A stretch of 64,000 nt of DNA, from positions 52,142,001 to 52,206,000 of the forward strand of contig NC_043010.1 of assembly GCF_006345805.1 (NCBI RefSeq), written 5' to 3'. Below the pieces are notes generated by a model. The model was given only the letters and a program-made list of their open reading frames with translations. It did not search any database and was not told the DNA's origin. Position 1 is the stretch's first letter, and each line of letters starts with the position of its first letter. Below are positions 62,553 to 64,000 of the stretch, one piece after another. Position numbers and translations under genes: made by a program. The stretch comes from Octopus sinensis. Taxonomy: Eukaryota.

Positions 62553-63118
62553 AGCTTCCATACAGTTTCTATCTACTGAATTCATTCACAAGGCATTGGT
62601 TGACTCAGGACTATAACAAAAGACACTTGCCCAAGATACTGTCCTATGGAACTGAACTCAAAACCATGTGGTTATAAAGCTTACTTCTTAACCACTCATG
62701 CCTTTTTTCCTATTACATATAGTAGAGAATAATTTAGTAGTCATGTAGTATTTTAGTGAAGTATAATGAAGTCTACAATGGTTAAGTAACATATTTGTAT
62801 CAGCAGCAGAGGTGGTTGACCAAACAAATCTGTAACATTTTGAAGTTCATTCTATGAGTTTCTTTTAGTCTTCTGTTATGTAACTTTGGGGTCAGTCCAA
62901 CTGCTATGATAAGGCTTATATTTGGGTAATAAAACCATGAGCTTAATATATTATGTATTTGAAAACTGGACTTAAACTGAGTACAGTGATACAGTTTTAT
63001 GATAATTTATGATGATTTTTGGTCCTGTAGTAATTTTGGTAGTAGTAGTTTTGGCACATCCATGTTATTAATCACAAATTGTATTAAGTTTTAAGACTGT
63101 TCTCTTTATTCTCTCCAG

Positions 63119-63179
63119 ATTTGAGTAAATGCTCAAGGAAAGATGGCAGTGAGAATTGCCAGTGTTCAAATTGTAAATA
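63119..63179 (+). CDS. l(3)mbt: L3MBTL-like coding exon 5 (61 nt), likely start of an FCS-type zinc finger
   Basis: Acceptor tctctttattctctccAG at 63118. Phase 1 gives DLSKCSRKDGSENCQCSNCK, including a CxxC. Donor TA|GTAAGT at 63180; an alternative donor GTGAGA lies at 63149. Confidence 0.65.
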
Positions 63180-64000
63180 GTAAGTATTACATAAAACAAA
63201 CCTTATGACCATTTTGTGCTTTCTTACAAAATGCCATGGAGGAAAAAAAAAGTATATATCCTCCATGGTTAGAAGTAGTCCGGGAAAGTTTGGATTTGAA
63301 TCAAGTCAAAATAGTATCCTTTTCCCATCTGTGATTGGCCTACACACACACACACATATACCTTGTTTCAGTCATGAGACTGTGGCCATGTAGGGGCATC
63401 GCCTTGAATTTTAGTTTAATGAATTGACACCAGTACTTATTTTTTTAAAACCTGGTAGTTATTCTTTTAGTCTCTTTTGCCGAACCACTGTTATGGGACA
63501 TAAACAAACCAACACTGGTTGTCAAGCAGTGATGGGAGATACACACTCACACATACACACATACATATACACACAGAGGTGTAGGCGTGGTTGTGTGATG
63601 AAGAACTTTGGTTCCCAACTATATTGTTTTGGGTTCAGTCCCACTGTCTGGAACTTTGAGCACATATCTACTTACCCCTGGACTGACCAAAGCTTCGTGA
63701 GTATATTTGATAGATGGAAGAAAAAATCCCGTTGTTTTATAGTTGGTGTTCGGAAGGGCATCCATCTGTAAAAGCCAAGCTAAAACAGACAGTAGTGCTT
63801 GATACAGTTTCCCTGGCTTGCCAGCATGGAAGACGGATGTTAAAATGATGATGTTGGTGGTGGTGTGCCTGTTGTTTGGCCCATGCGAGCATAGAAAAAG
63901 TGGACATTCAAACGATGATGAAACTGGAAAAATTAAGTAAATATGCAACAAAAACAAAACCATATATGTATTTTCAAAATATTAAAAAAAAAAGTTTTTC

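Noticed and set aside
62061-62585. His/Thr- and Cys/Val-rich ORFs resembling metal-binding proteins
   Set aside because: They are translations of a CA-rich low-complexity intronic tract.

Overview
AT-rich, repeat-dense eukaryotic DNA. The tRNA-derived SINE families, microsatellites and gene content point to an octopus (coleoid cephalopod) genome; this is inference. The one protein-coding gene I can support is the 5' part of an l(3)mbt/L3MBTL-like Polycomb-group chromatin reader on the + strand. Five coding exons (50103-50301, 55456-55587, 58670-60120, 61767-61926, 63119-63179) splice in phase into about 667 codons, and the gene continues past the window. The rest is mostly mobile DNA: several SINE families, decayed CR1/L2-, RTE- and Penelope-type retroelements, a decayed mariner transposase, hAT-, piggyBac- and Tc1/pogo-type MITEs, and a Helitron-like insert. 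Four GG-ended MITEs with 8-bp TSDs (Merlin-like) are also present. The most unusual structures are: a ~2.2-kb fold-back unit whose ~440-bp inverted arms enclose an internally deleted mini-LINE and differ in CpG decay; a loopless 80-bp palindrome between twin MITEs; a 19-bp CpG-rich intronic minisatellite; inverted SINE pairs bracketing a skippable poly-Ala exon; and a repeated short motif in the long disordered N-terminus of the L3MBT protein. There are no prokaryotic features, CRISPR arrays, rRNA or genuine tRNA genes, and I found no clearly novel multi-gene system. Repeat coordinates are by eye (roughly +/-10 nt) unless TSDs are quoted.
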